DNA from: Pristiophorus japonicus
Taxonomy: Eukaryota
Direction of reading: 5' to 3'
DNA length: 64,000 bases
Assembly (NCBI RefSeq): GCF_044704955.1
Contig: NC_091995.1
Coordinates: 19,778,001-19,842,000, forward strand
Shown here: positions 51,901 through 64,000 of the stretch, piece after piece
Layout of the letters: every line of letters starts with the position of its first letter
Position numbering within the stretch: the stretch's first letter is position 1
Translations under genes and position numbers: made by a program
Notes under the pieces: model-generated
The model's database searches: none
What the model saw: only the letters and a program-made list of their open reading frames with translations
Told to the model about the DNA's origin: nothing

Positions 51901-54270
51901 TACTGACGTGGATAGGGAACTGGGGGGTTGGCAGACAGGAAGTAAAGTGTCGGGATAAACGGGTCCTTTTGAGAATGGCAGGCAGTGACTAGTGGAGTGC
52001 CGCAGGGCTCAGTGCTGGGAACCCAGCACTTTACAATATACATTAACGATTTGGATGCAGGAATAGAGTGTAATATCTCCAAGTTTGCAGATGACACTAA
52101 GCTGGGTGGTGGTGTGAGCTGTGAGGGGGACGCTAAGAGGCTGCAGGGTGACTTGGACAGGTTTGGTGAGTGGGCAAATGCATGGCAGATGCAGTATAAT
52201 GTGGATAAATGTGAGGTTATCTATTTTGGGGGCAAAAACACGAAGGCAGAATATTATCTGAATGGCGGCAGATTAGGAAAAGGGGAGGTGCAACGAGACC
52301 TGGGTGTCATGGTTCATCAGTCACTGAAAGTGGGCACGCAGGTACAGCAGGTGGTAAAGAAGGCAAATGTTATGTTGGCCTTCATAGCTAGGGGATTTGA
52401 ATATAGAAGCAGGGAGGTCTTACTGCAGTTGTACAGGGCCTTAATGAGGCCTCACCTGGAATATTGTGTTCAGTTTTGGTCTCCTAGTCTGAGGAAGGTC
52501 GTTCTTGCTATTGAAGGAGTGCAGTGAAGGTTCACCAGACTGATTCCAGGGATGGCTGCGCTGTCATATGAGGAGAGACTGGATCAACTGGGCCTTTATT
52601 CACTGGAGTTTCGAAGGATGAGAGGGGATCTCATAGAAACATATAAGATTCTGACGGGACTGGACAGGTTAGATGCGGGAAGAATGTTTCCGATGTTGGG
52701 GAAGTCCAGAACCAGGGGACATAGTCTTAGGATAAGGGGGAGGCCATTTAGGACCGAGATGAGGAGAAACTTCTTCACTCAGAGAGTTGTTAACCTGTGG
52801 AATTCCCTGCCGCAGAGAGTTGTTGATGCCAGTTCACTGGATATATTCAAGAGGGAGTTAGATATGGCTCTTACGGTTAAGGGGATCAAGGGGTATGGAG
52901 AGAAAGCATAAGGGGTACTGAGGGAATGATCAGCCATGATCTTATTGAATGGCGGTGCAGGCTCGAAGGGCCGAATGGCCTACTCCTGCACCTATTTTTC
53001 AATGTTTCTAACTGAACACCAGTCTCACTCAGAGACACAGTGACTCTCACACCCACCGTATCAGACACACCCACACACTCACGCAATGTAACTGGACCAG
53101 GAATGTAATGTGAACTCCAGGAGAATATTAACCTCTTGGAGAATACAGAAATAATTACAGGCCAAGTATAAGATCAGGGCAACTCGTTCCCAGATCCTGC
53201 AGACAGTGTGGGGGCTTAGTTCAGTCACAATAGCAGATCCACCCCGGAATAGATAAAACAATCGGTTTAAATCAGTTTAGAATTTTTTAGCAAATGCTGC
53301 ATTTATTCCAACATTGTCGGTTATTGTGCAACTAACCCGCAATATAATCCTCACCTTCAGAAATGTCAGCCCGTCTTGTTGCTCCATCTGTTTCTGCAAC
53401 TTTGAAAGCTGCTCCTCAATAGAATTTAAATTCTCTTGAATTTCTCGAAGGTTTTTCTCCATTGTATCTACAATCCTCTCCTCTTCTCCCCTGAGATCTC
53501 TGATTAAACGCTGCTCTTTCTCAGTGAGAATCTGGTGCATTTTAGTGAACTCGGATGTGATGTGGGTCTGCAGACTGCTCGACTGTTCCTACCAAATGAA
53601 AGGTGAAAAATAATCATGTACCGCGATAGAGGGAACAAAACTAACCGAGATCCCAGAAAATCAGCACAGGGAGACCTTACCCTAACTTCGGAAATCTGCC
53701 GTTTCTGTTTCCGTTCCGTTTCTAGAACCACCGATTTCTTCTCTGTGAGAGATTCTAAAGAGGATTTCAGCTGATCCTGGGATCGGGAGAAAATCACAGA
53801 ATGAAAGGGCTGGACTATGAAAATGTAATAAAATAATCAGGTGATAAAATCCATTTTACCTTGTAGATTTCAACAGCTTCTTGAATCGGCATGAAGTTGT
53901 GAGATTTGTGTTCCCGCGCATCTCTACAAGTGTAACAGATCAGTTTCTTGTCAGTTTCACAAAACAGCTTCAGTTCTTCCTGATGTTCCTCACAGTGAGG
54001 TTTATTTTCCTTCTCTCTCGGATTCAGGGTTAATTTTCGAGCTTTCTCCGACAGACTAGCTAAGGCCCGATTAACCTTGAGATTTATTTCTGGAAACTCC
54101 TCTCGACATTCCGGGCAGGAGTTTGTCTCCTTCTTTTCCCAACACCGTGTGATACAGGAGCGGCAGAAGTTGTGTCCACAGTCCAGTGAAATCGGATCGG
54201 TGAAGAATTCAAGACAAATGGGACAAGTTACCTCCTCAGTCCAACTCTCGAGCTGCTGCTTGGAAACCAT
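45938..54270 (-). CDS. TRIM protein copy B, 481 aa. Exons 54270-53860, 53776-53681, 53588-53355, 48372-48350, 48250-48135, 46503-45938
   Basis: Same domain motifs, same exon lengths and GT-AG junctions as copy A, with an open frame. Confidence 0.93.
48614..53010 (+). mobile_element. Full-length CR1 LINE, paralogous insertion in TRIM copy B intron 3
   Basis: Same flanks as copy A. ORFs are 49237-49953 (esterase), 50172-51770 (APE-RT) and 51985-52911. Confidence 0.93.
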
Positions 54271-54300
54271 GTTCACACTCAGCACTTCCTGATTCAACCC

Positions 54301-54356
54301 ACTTTCAGTTTCAATGTTGCTGAGCTCCAGCTGGATCCTGTCACTAGGTGGCGCTG
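54301..54356 (-). promoter_or_regulatory. ISRE-like and CTCF-like motifs upstream of TRIM copy B
   Basis: ACTTTCAGTTTC at 54301-54312 and TCACTAGGTGGCGCTG at 54341-54356. Confidence 0.6.
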
Positions 54357-55506
54357 CTGGACAATATTTCTCAACCAAGGATTTTTGTAGGTTTGCTGAA
54401 AAAGATTTTGTTGCAGGAAAACCACACATTTGCTTTCTGTGCAGTGAAGGGCCGTATTAAACAAACCGATTTACTCTGTGCATCAGTTTAATGTTGTATG
54501 GAGCCAGGAAACACGCTCTAAAGGTGTAGAAATAATTGCTCTAATCTCAAATGTTTTGCAGGTGATGTGAATATGTCAGAAACTGATAATTATCCTGGAT
54601 TTGTTAAACTATTTAATTGCACCATCCTCCATACATTGATGTGCTTTTTATTACAGTTTATTGATTTAATGTGAGGTTTTGGGGGATGTGCCGTTATGTT
54701 GCTCCACATGTTGGCCCAGATTTGAAGTTTGGAGCCACCTCTGGTCATATTTCAGGCCCGGGCAATCTGAAAGTGAGAGGTGGGCGGACTGGGCGGAGTC
54801 TTGCTGAATTCCCGGGGAGGAGGGTACATCGGGTGGGGGGAAGAAGGCAGCCTCCTAACTGCTGGAAACACATTCTTGTGCTCAATTCTCACTGCAGCTG
54901 GTGGTGTCCGGGCACGGCCGTGCTACAGGAGCGCTTGTACAGACCTGGAACTATCGAATCCCTAAAGCCCCTCTCTTTATCCGTGCAGATGTTGATCTGA
55001 GCAGCCACCGTTATCCGTGCAGATGTTGGTGTGTGCTTCCTACAGCTGGTGACTGCCCCCATTAAACCCCGAATGACTGTATCCCCCTCTCTCCAATTGT
55101 GCAGGTCCCGGTGTGTGTCCCTTACAACCGGATCCACCACAATTATCTGCCAAGTGCATTGTGGAACAACCCACTCTGCATGGACCGAGCGAGACCCAGT
55201 GTGAGCGGATGTTTGGGGCGGTTTTCTCCTTCGTTCTTAGCCGCAGGGCCATGGGTCTGTTCAGCTCAGGGGAGTCTCTCAATCTGATTTGAAATGCACA
55301 ACAGTCCCAGAACAAACTCTCTCCCCCTCCCCACACCAGCTTCCCCCCCACCCCTCCCCCAACACCGGCTCATTCACCCGCTCCCCCAACACAAGATCTC
55401 CCCCCCGGCCTCCCCACTCCCCCAACTCCAGCTCACCCCCCGTCAACTCCAGCTCCCCTCCCAACAAACACAGACCAATATATCCTTGCTGAGGTACGGT
55501 GCACAA

Positions 55507-55834
55507 CTATTTTAAAAGCAACTTTCAATCAAGTGCCCTCCTTTTTTTTTTGAGGGCACCAAAAATCATAAATTAACAATTAAAGATTAAAGGGAACCTT
55601 TGTCGAATCAAATCAAATTAAAATTCTGTTCCCTGTTGAAATGATGCACTCCAGTCCCTCCGGCGCCCACCTCTTGCAGAAGGCCGTGAGCGTACCGGTG
55701 GACACCGCGTGCTCCATCTCCAGGGACACCCTGGCTCGAATGTAACCGCGGAAGAGAGGCAGGCAGTCGGGCTGAGCGACCCCCTCGACTGCCAGCTGCC
55801 TGGACCGGTTAATGACCACCTTGGCCAGGCCCAG
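55507..55834 (-). mobile_element. 5'-truncated Tx1-like LINE 3' end inserted in a CR1 fragment
   Basis: LLGLAKVVINRSR...FRGYIRARVSLE...FCKRWAP resembles a Tx1 ORF2 C-terminus. There is a 16-bp TSD GAGGTACGGTGCACAA at 55491-55506 and 55835-55850. Confidence 0.8.
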
Positions 55835-56204
55835 GAGGTACGGTGCACAAGACTGAACGCAGCACTCCAGGTGGGGTCTGATCAAGGCTCTGTACTGAAG
55901 CACAACTTCTAACCTTTGTATTCCAGCACCCTGAGATAAAGGACTACATTCCACTGATCTTTGTGATTGCTTTTTGTTGCTGTCTACTCGCTTTAAATGA
56001 TGTGTACTTGGCCTCCCCAATCTCTTGCTCCTCTACAGTCCCGAGTTTCTCACCATTTAGAGACCCCTCGATTTAACTTTCTTGGGCCCAAAGTGGATAA
56101 CCTCACACTTACCCACATTGAATTCCAGTTGCCGTTGTTTTCCACAGCTCAGTGGGAAGGACCATTGAGAAAGCAACCACTGACACCAGGCTGCACACTG
56201 ACCC

Positions 56205-59200
56205 TCACCCCGAACATTCAACAATATTTTTAACACAACAATAACAGTGAACATTTAACAAAAAACTATTTTTAACAAGATCTACCAATATACAGCCCAT
56301 GGACAGGGTGCCCCCTCCCGAGTAACGGGACCAATACGTCGTGCAGCAGGGGACCTCAGGGCCTGCTGCTGTGGTGTGGAGGGAGGGGGGGGTCGGGAGG
56401 GGGGGGGGTGATGTTGGCAGAAGCTCCTCAGTGGCTGGAGAAGATGTTTCGGGAGAAACGTCAGAAGGAAGTTCTTCGTCCTGACTCGCATCTGTGCTGG
56501 TGGTTGTTGGGACGGCACCTTGGGGTGCAGTGCCATCTCCCGACACCATCACATACCACAAGGCATGGACGGTGTCAGTCGTTCGGCCCATTGCCACCAC
56601 TATCCGCTCCATGCTCTCCGTTATTCGTGCAGACATTGTGGCAATGTTTCCGGTCAACCCACCAATCGCCTGGAGGAGCTCTCGACCGATGTTGATGCTC
56701 GCCCTTGACAGTGCGACCATGTCCCCGTTAGGATCTGCCCGTCGCAGCGCGTGCCTACCTCGCCGACGCAACCTCCGTGGGGTCAGCGTGGGCACTGTAC
56801 ACCTTGGAGTGGCCTGCTGCAAGCCGCTTGGCCCCACTACTTCATCCGTCGATGAAGACATGGCCGCAGCTACAACAGATGACAATTGGTCATCTTCCTC
56901 CTCCTCCTCAGTAGTCTCCTTTGCACTCGCGGTGATGGCCCGCAGTGATGACCCACGGTCATGACCCGTGGTGATGACCCATGGTGATGACCCGTGGTGA
57001 TGACCCGCGGTGATTACCCGTGGTGATGACCCGTGGTGATGACCCGTGGTGATGACCCGCGGTGATTACCCGTGGTGATGACCCGCGGTGATGACCCGTG
57101 GTGATGACCCGTGGTGATGACCCGCGGTGTTTTCCCGTGGTGATGACCCGTGGTGATGACCCGTGGTGATGACCCACGGTGTTTTCCCGTGGTGATGACC
57201 CGTGGTGATGACCCGTGGTGATGATCTGTGGTGATGACCCGCGGTGATGACCCGCGGTGATGACCCGCGGTGATGACCCGTGGTGATGATCTGTGGTGAT
57301 GACCCGTGGTGATGACCCGTGGTGATGACCCGTGGTGATGACCCGTGGTGATGATCTGTGGTGATGACCCGCGGTGATGACCCGCGGTGATGACCCGCGG
57401 TGATGACCCGCGGTGATGACCCGTGGTGATGACCCGCGGTCATGACCCGCGGTGATGACCCGCGGTGATGACCCGCGGTGATGACCCGTGGTGATGCACA
57501 GGCGTTCATGGAGGGGCCTCCCTTTGTGCCCCGGGAGTCTGGGGACCGACAAAACATAATTGAGGTTATTCGAACAGAAGGGTAGACATGAGAATGCTTG
57601 CTCTGTGCTGACATATGTAGGTGGAGCAACACTACTGCAATAAATGTGAACGAGAGACGTTACATATGATTACATCATAGGGTTGTACATCTATGGAATT
57701 CTCTGCCCCTGTGGAGGCTGGATCATTGAATATAGTTAAGGTGGAGATAGACACATTTTTCAGCGATAAGGGAGTAAAGGGTTATGGGGAGCGGGCAGGG
57801 AAATGGAGCTGAGTCCATGATCAGATCAGCCATGATCTTATTGAATGGTGGAGCAGGCTCGAGGGGCCAAATGGCCGACTCCTGCTCCTATTTCTTCTGT
57901 TCTTATGTTGTGAACCTGAGAGTAGTGCAGAAGCTGCATGCAGAACATGCCATCATTCATATATTATAATGAAATGCCGTTACATGACTTTGAATTACCA
58001 CTGGTTTACCGCTGCTTCACACATTACTCACGTGGTACAACAGGATCTGCACCACCACGGGTGGCAGAGCGACTGTGGCTGCCCACTTGTGCTGCAGCAC
58101 GTTCCTCCAAGTCCGTCAGGGTGTTTATTTCTGCAGGGCCTCCTCCGGTGTGCCTCTGCTCCAATCGATTTTTTTAAATCTTCCTCTGCAAATGTGACAA
58201 GAGCATGGCATAAACTAATTGACTTGGTCCTATTACAGAAAGACAAAAGATTCTAACATTATATGCTAATACGGTTTGTATTCACGGTGGATGCATGGTT
58301 ATAACATCTACGTTTAGAGAAAATATTTAATAACATCGTGTTTAGTAACTAATGCTTGACACCAAACACCTCACGTACCATCTCCAGGAAGGGCCCATCC
58401 ACGGGCCGTGCCATTCGGCACCTGAGGGGAGGTAGGTGGTTTATTTCACTCGCTGGAGGTCCCCCGGGGGGTGGGGGGAAATCAGGACCGCTGGTGAGCT
58501 CGGCAATGACAGGAGTGTAATGGGAGGGGGCACCGTGTCCATGGGCTGTGCTCGGAGACCTCCGTGTGACCGGAGCTAATGTCCCAAAGTGTCCCAGGGC
58601 AGACAGTGAGCCAGGGCAGCTCTCCCCCAGTCCAGGCTGGGTCACTGTGTAAGTGACAGCAGCCGGAGAGACTGACACAGTCTGGGTAAAGGTGACCAGA
58701 CCCCTCAGTGCTCAGTCGTGGCCCATCCACCAACGTAACTCAAAAGGAGACGGTGCCAAAATTAGACTGAAAGGGCGCACGTTCTGACCCCAGTCCAAAT
58801 CTTAGCAGGGAATCTACACAAGAAAACCCAGCTTCATTACAATCCGGCAGATTTACATATTCAGTGGATCATTACAATTTAAAATCTATTTAATACTTAC
58901 TCTTGTGGATACAACCGGGCTGTTCCACCTCTTGTGGCACTGGTGCAATTCCCACCTATCGTGGGACACCGAGGACACCACATCGACCATCTTGCCCCAT
59001 ATCTTCTCATACGTCCGGGGTGGAGGTGTCCCACACCCACCCCGGGTTAATTGGCCCCACCACGTCTCCACTTCATTCACCAAAGCATCGTTTGCCTCAT
59101 CAGAGAAGGGTTTAGCCCTCCTTCTCCCTGCAACTTCCTGCACTCTCTCCCCAGTCTTCGTGCCACATCTCCATCTCAATTTTTGCTATTTTTCTCACGA

Positions 59201-59553
59201 TAACTCTCTTTAACTTTACACGTCACAAATCCTTCAACCTCCTTCCTTCACACAAGCTCCTCTCCACCACAGACACTCTCTCTCCCTCCCTTTGTCTTCT
59301 GAGCATGTGCAGATGACCCCTGACCCCCCGAATCCTCTTTGCAAAACAAATCGCTTGCTCAGAACAGCTGTTGCTATGGACACCAGCCTTACACGACTGA
59401 ATACATCGCTAAGACCCATTCCACATCGCTAAGGCTATCGCCCAAAATAAAAAGCCGAAAGTAGCGCTAAAAAAAATGAAAAATAAAAAATCACTCAGGC
59501 CGGAAACATTGTCCATTTTTTGGGCGATAAAGATCTTCGTGGAAAGTCTAGCC
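56205..59553 (-). mobile_element. Harbinger-like element remnant with a spliced Myb/SANT accessory gene
   Basis: 58886-59179 encodes PFSDEANDALV...KIWGKMVDVVS...QCHKRWN followed by a GTAAGT donor. Downstream is low-complexity ORF 56205-56885, and the end near 59553 is TIR-like (GGGCTAGACTTTCC). Boundaries are uncertain. Confidence 0.5.
56930..57496 (+). repeat. 13-bp tandem repeat (TGATGACCCG(C/T)GG), about 43 copies
   Basis: Directly visible, and explains the 13-aa periodicity of the ORF-track translations. Confidence 0.95.
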
Positions 59554-60050
59554 CATAGAAAGAGAGAAATTTACAGCGGAGAAGGAGGCCATTTCGGCCC
59601 ATCGTGTCCCTGCCGGCCGACAAAGAGTCACACGGCCCTCGGTCAGCAGCCCTGAAGGTTAAATATAAACCGATGAACAATGAACAATGGCGGAAAGGTA
59701 AAGAGCACCCAGCCCAACCAGTCCGCCCCACACAACTGTGACACCCCTTACACTGAAACATTCTACACTCCACCCCAACTGGAGCAGTGCGATCTCCTGG
59801 GAGAGGCAAAAAACAGATAAAAACCCAACCCACTGGGGAAACAAATCTGAGAAAATTCCTCTCTGACCCATCCAGGCGATCGAAACTAGTCCAGGAGATC
59901 ACCTTGGCCGTATTCGATTCCCTGAAGTACTTACCATCGTATCTGTACCAGCCAACAAGAGGTTATCCAGTCCAATCCCACTTTCCAGTTCTAGGTCTGT
60001 AACCCTGCAGGTTACAGCACTTCAAGTGCTCATCCAAGCACTTTTTAAAT
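59554..60050 (-). mobile_element. CR1-type LINE 3' UTR
   Basis: Ends in GATGGGCCGAAATGGCCTCCTTCT...TTTCTATG on the minus strand. Confidence 0.65.
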
Positions 60051-60128
60051 GGAATCCAGCCGATTTTCCCCAGCCGGCCCCTCCCCCCATCCACTTGGAG
60101 TGCAGAGGTCACTTGGAGTGCAGAGGTC

Positions 60129-60587
60129 CAGGGTCAGATTAAGGGCCTGATGGGCCTGGGGCAAACTGATCCAAATGGGCCGATAGTTATGTTTGTTCAT
60201 GTTCATTACATTACGTTTATGATTCTGATTCTGAGTATGGAAACATGGGCCAGTATATTCAACAATGAAAGCAGATATTCTGTATCAAGTAGGTATATAT
60301 TCTGGTTCTGGTAACATTGCAATACTAGATTCCTGTACATATATGTAAATTTCTCTCAATAAGATGTGAAATAAAACAGGCGAGTACATATTGTGTTGTG
60401 TATATGGGTCCATCAGTGTATATAGGTCCTTCTGTATATAGGTATAAACAAGTGAATCTAACCTGTATAAACAGTATATACCCTGCAGATACTTTACAAG
60501 ATAACATTGCGAGACTTCCTGTCCGTGAATGTTCTTTGTTGGGCCTGGGGCTGCAGCCCCATCCGCCCCGTGGTTAATGCGCCCCTG
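60129..60587. mobile_element. Non-autonomous hAT-like element
   Basis: Imperfect TIRs CAGGGTCAGATTAA / CAGGGGCGCATTAA (11/14) and degenerate 8-bp flanks CAGAGGTC / CGGGGGTC. Confidence 0.55.
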
Positions 60588-61119
60588 CGGGGGTCACTTG
60601 GATGTCCCGAGTGCAGTGCTGGCTGAGTTCAGTAACTCTGGGCTCAGCTTCAGTTGAAGTTGGGACTGACTAGTGTATGTGACAACCCTCTGAAGCGGTC
60701 ACTGCGCCCCTGGACTTGGGAACTCTCTCCCTAAACCACTTGCTACCTGTGTGTGTCCGGGGCCACTGGGAAAGAGCAGTAATGAGGCCTTTCCAATTCC
60801 GGCACATCCCGAGAATGATTCAAAAATAGAAAGATTGATTCCCTTCAAAAAACTCCTGTTAAAGACCACTGCTGTCTTCTCGTGTCTCGCCCCCGGTGCG
60901 TTGCGACTCCTGCTCGGTGCTCTCCCTCCCCCTTTGGGCCCAATCCAAGGTGAGAGAGAGGTGCTGTATAAAAACCTGACGGCCGTTTCCCAGCTCCTGT
61001 TCCTGCTGCGTTCTGCCTCTCCCGGATTCTGCTGTTCTCTGGGTGGCTCTCGCAGTGACACCTGCTGGCAGGAACCCGCACTACATCAGCACCACCAACA
61101 CAAGCCCTCGCCCGCCTCA

Positions 61120-62430
61120 CAGAACCACAGCACAGAAGGAGGCCATTCCCACCATCGTGTCCACGCCGGCCGACCAACAGCTACCCAGCCTAACCCCACC
61201 TTCCAGCTCGAGGTCCGTAGCCCTGCAGGTTACGGCACTTTAAGAGCACATCCAAGTAGCTTTTAAATGTGGTGAGGGTTTCTGCCTCTACCACCCTTTC
61301 AGGCAGTGAGTTCCAGACCCTCACCACCCTCTGGGTGAAGAAATGGTTCCTCATCTCCCCTCTAATCCTTCTACCAACTACATTCAATCTATGTCCCCTG
61401 GTTATTGACCCCTCTGCTGAGGGAAATAGGTCTTTCCCATCCACTCTATCTCGGGCCCCTCAGAATTTTATACAATTAAATCTCCCCTCGGCCTCCTCTG
61501 TTGCGAGGAAAGTAACCCCAGCCTCTCCAATCTTTCCTCATAGTTAAAGTTTTCCAGTCCAATTAGTCCCACTCCCCCACTGCTCCTCCCCCCCAGCCCC
61601 GCAATGTTTGTCCTTTTCACGTATTTATCCAATCCCCTTTGAAAGTTGAATCTGCTTCATCCAACCTTTCAGCCGGTGCATTCCAGATTTAAACATAGAA
61701 TAAAAATAAACTCTCCCCATCTCCCCTCTGGATGTTTTGCCCATTGCCTTAAATCGGTGACCTCTGGTTACTGACCCTCCTGCCACAGGAAACAGTGTCT
61801 CCCTATTTACTCGATCAAACCCTCGATTAAAATAGAGGCTGGGAACATGAGGACAGGAGGGGGCCATTCAGCCCCTCAAGCCTGTTCCACCATTCAGTTA
61901 AATTATGGCTCATCTGTATCTTAGCTCCATTTACCCGCCTTGGTTCCATATCCCTGTTTGCCGAACAAAAATCTATCAATCCCAGTTTAGAAACTTGCAA
62001 TTGAGCCCCAGCATCAACAGTTTTTTGGGGGAGAGAGTTCCAGATTCCCACTGCCCTTTGTGTGAAGAAGTGCTTCCTGACATCACCCCTGAACAAACCT
62101 CGCTCTCATTTGCAGGTGATGCCCCTTGTTCTGGACTCCCCGCCCACTCGGGGAAATAGTTTATCTCTATCTGCACTATCAAATCTTTTAATGATCTTAA
62201 ACTCCTCCGTTAGATCCCCCCTCAATCTTCTATACTCGAGGGAATACAAGCCTAGTCTGTGCAACCTGCCCTCGTAATTTAACCCTTTGAGCTCCCGGTA
62301 ACATTCTGGTGAATCCGGGCGGCACCCCCTCCAAGGCCAATATATCCTTCCTGAGGCGCGGAGCCCAGAACTGAACGCAGTTACTCCAGGTGGGGTCTGA
62401 CCAGAGCTTTATATAACTGCAGCAGAACTT
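61120..62430 (-). mobile_element. Cluster of three CR1 3' fragments
   Basis: Repeated TRGH...FFTQR...WNSLP motifs in ORFs 61190-61444, 61625-61867 and 61827-62096. Confidence 0.8.
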
Positions 62431-62504
62431 CCAGCCCTTGGGATTCCAGCCCTCGTTCCTTCCTTCCTTCTCGAAGCGGCTAACTGCTTTTCTGTCTCTT
62501 GCTC

Positions 62505-63741
62505 GTGGACCTGAGCAGTTGGAAGGAGAAGATGGAGCGTGACGCGGCAAACACTCACCACGAGGACCTGACCGACGAGGAGGACGAAGGTGATGCTGTC
62601 CTGGTGGAGCATCAGACGGATTCTGCCGTGGAGATGTGCGCACCGGTGGACCAACTGTACAAGGATGGCATCCTCACCGTGGGTTGTGTGGGTGAGTTGG
62701 CACAACCGGAGCATTGGACTTTTAACGTGGTCGATGCAGTGGGTGGTAACCGCTGGAAACCAGCAGCTCCCTCCCTTGTCTTTAAGGAGCCCGTGTTTTC
62801 CTTGCCGAGAAAACAGGGCCATCCATGCAGTGCACTTGGCTACCACCAGATGGCAGTGCTGCAGAAACCCCATCGCTCAACTTGTTTAAAGTTTAAAATA
62901 ATGTTAAACTGTTCCTGCTTCCTGGCACGTCTTCATCCTCGTCCCTCCTCTCCTCTTCTCCTCTTCCCCTCCTCCCCCTCTCCCTCTCCACCCCTCCCCT
63001 TTCCCCTCTCTCCCTCCCCATCTCCTCTCCTCTCCCCTCTCCCCTTTCCCCTCTCCCCTTCCCCCTCTCTCCCTCCCCTTTCCCCTCTCCCCCTCCCCTT
63101 CCCCCTCTCTCCCTTCCCTTTCCCCTTTCCCCTCCCCTTTCCCCACTCCCTCCCCTTTCCCCTCTCCCTCTCCCCCTCCCCTTTCCCCTCTCCCTCTCCC
63201 CCTCCCCTTTCCCCTCTCCCCCTCTCCCCCTCCCCCTTCCCCTCCCCTCACCCCTACATGCCCCCCATCTCTCTCTCAGGGTTTTCAGGGACCAGTGGGA
63301 GTTCAGTCAGCGGATACACAAGGATTTCAGGATCTGAAGTCAAAGATGCGGAAAATGCCCCAAACTGGAATTTGAAGAACAGTTTTTTCCCCTCAATCCT
63401 TCTGAGTTTGAGCTGCCCCGTAAGAAGGAAAGAGCTTGGCTCCTTTCCCGTCCTCACAATGTCCCAAAGCACTTCGCTGATGACACATGACTTTCCAAGT
63501 GTCAGGGATGTGTACCGGGTTCACACTGGTGGGTAAAGCTCAGCTTCCCTTGTCTCCCTCAGGGTTCCCGAATGTGGGCAAGTCGTCTGTCATCAACGGC
63601 CTGGTGGGGAAGAAGGTGGTGAGTGTGTCCCGGACCCCGGGTCACACCAAGTACTTCCAGACCTACTTCCTGACTCCCAGCGTCAAGCTCTGTGACTGCC
63701 CGGGTCTGATCTTCCCGTCACTCGTGGACCGTCAGCAACAG
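62505..63741 (+). CDS. GNL1: GNL1 (HSR1, circularly permuted GTPase) internal exons 62505-62691 and 63563-63741, possibly a pseudogene fragment
   Basis: VDLSSWKEK...YKDGILTVGCV-G-FPNVGKSSVINGLVGKKVVSVSRTPGHTKYFQTYFLTPSVKLCDCPGLIFPS matches the GNL1 G1-G3 region as I recall it. A phase-1 GT-AG intron joins the two exons. Confidence 0.9.
62935..63255 (+). repeat. Polypyrimidine (C/T) low-complexity tract in the GNL1 intron
   Basis: About 320 bp composed almost entirely of C and T. Confidence 0.95.
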
Positions 63742-64000
63742 GTCAGTCAGCGGCACCGCGTGTTTTGTGAAGGTGAAAACACGGCAACAAAAGCTCGCAT
63801 GTAGGGAACTTAGTCAGCAGTGTCAGCAAACAAAATCTGACCCCCAGCCACATCAGGGGACATTCAGACAGGTCACTGGTCACAGAGCAACGTTTTAAGG
63901 AGCACCTTAAAGGAGAGAGAGGTGGAGAGAGAGACGGAGAGGTTTAGGGAGGGAATTCCAGAGCTTGGGGCCCAGGCAGCTGAAGGCACGGCCACCAATG

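Larger units (their letters stand above)
36100..55290 (+). repeat. Segmental duplication unit B
   Basis: Collinear copy of 8076-26984, including the 76-bp minisatellite (37132-37746), nested CR1 (~38185-39125), MITE (~39660-39850), SINE (~40441-40875), CR1 (~42750-43335) and the 45-bp minisatellite (44407-45135). Confidence 0.97.

Noticed and set aside
62692-63536. Pro/Ser-rich continuation of the 345-aa ORF
   Set aside because: This is read-through into the GNL1 intron polypyrimidine tract past the GT donor at 62692.

Overview
Vertebrate genomic DNA, most likely a cartilaginous fish (inferred from the shark-type CR1 LINE tails and a DeuSINE/SacSINE1-like element). From left to right: (1) 1-6135: 5' half of an epsilon/gamma-like endogenous retrovirus on the minus strand, with a 678-bp LTR, a tRNA-Gln PBS, a damaged gag and an apparently open pro-pol that carries a 2H-phosphoesterase (CNPase-like) domain between protease and RT. 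(2) The ERV is inserted into ORF1 of a Tx1/L1-clade LINE whose 5' end is a U2 snRNA-derived head. Directly upstream is a ~340-bp polyadenylated U2/U1/U2 chimeric retroposon with a 10-bp TSD. (3) Two ~19-kb paralogous units (about 8.1-27.0 kb and 36.1-55.3 kb), each starting in a telomere-like minisatellite and carrying an intact six-exon RING-Bbox-CC-PRY/SPRY TRIM gene (481 aa) with an ISRE-like element upstream and a full-length CR1 in intron 3. (4) A spacer with an internally deleted LINE and a non-autonomous Gypsy LTR element. (5) Harbinger, hAT, CR1 and Tx1 remnants, then two GNL1 exons, one lacking its splice acceptor. TRIM plus GNL1 suggests MHC class I-region-like synteny. All coordinates and alignments were read by eye and no database searches were run.
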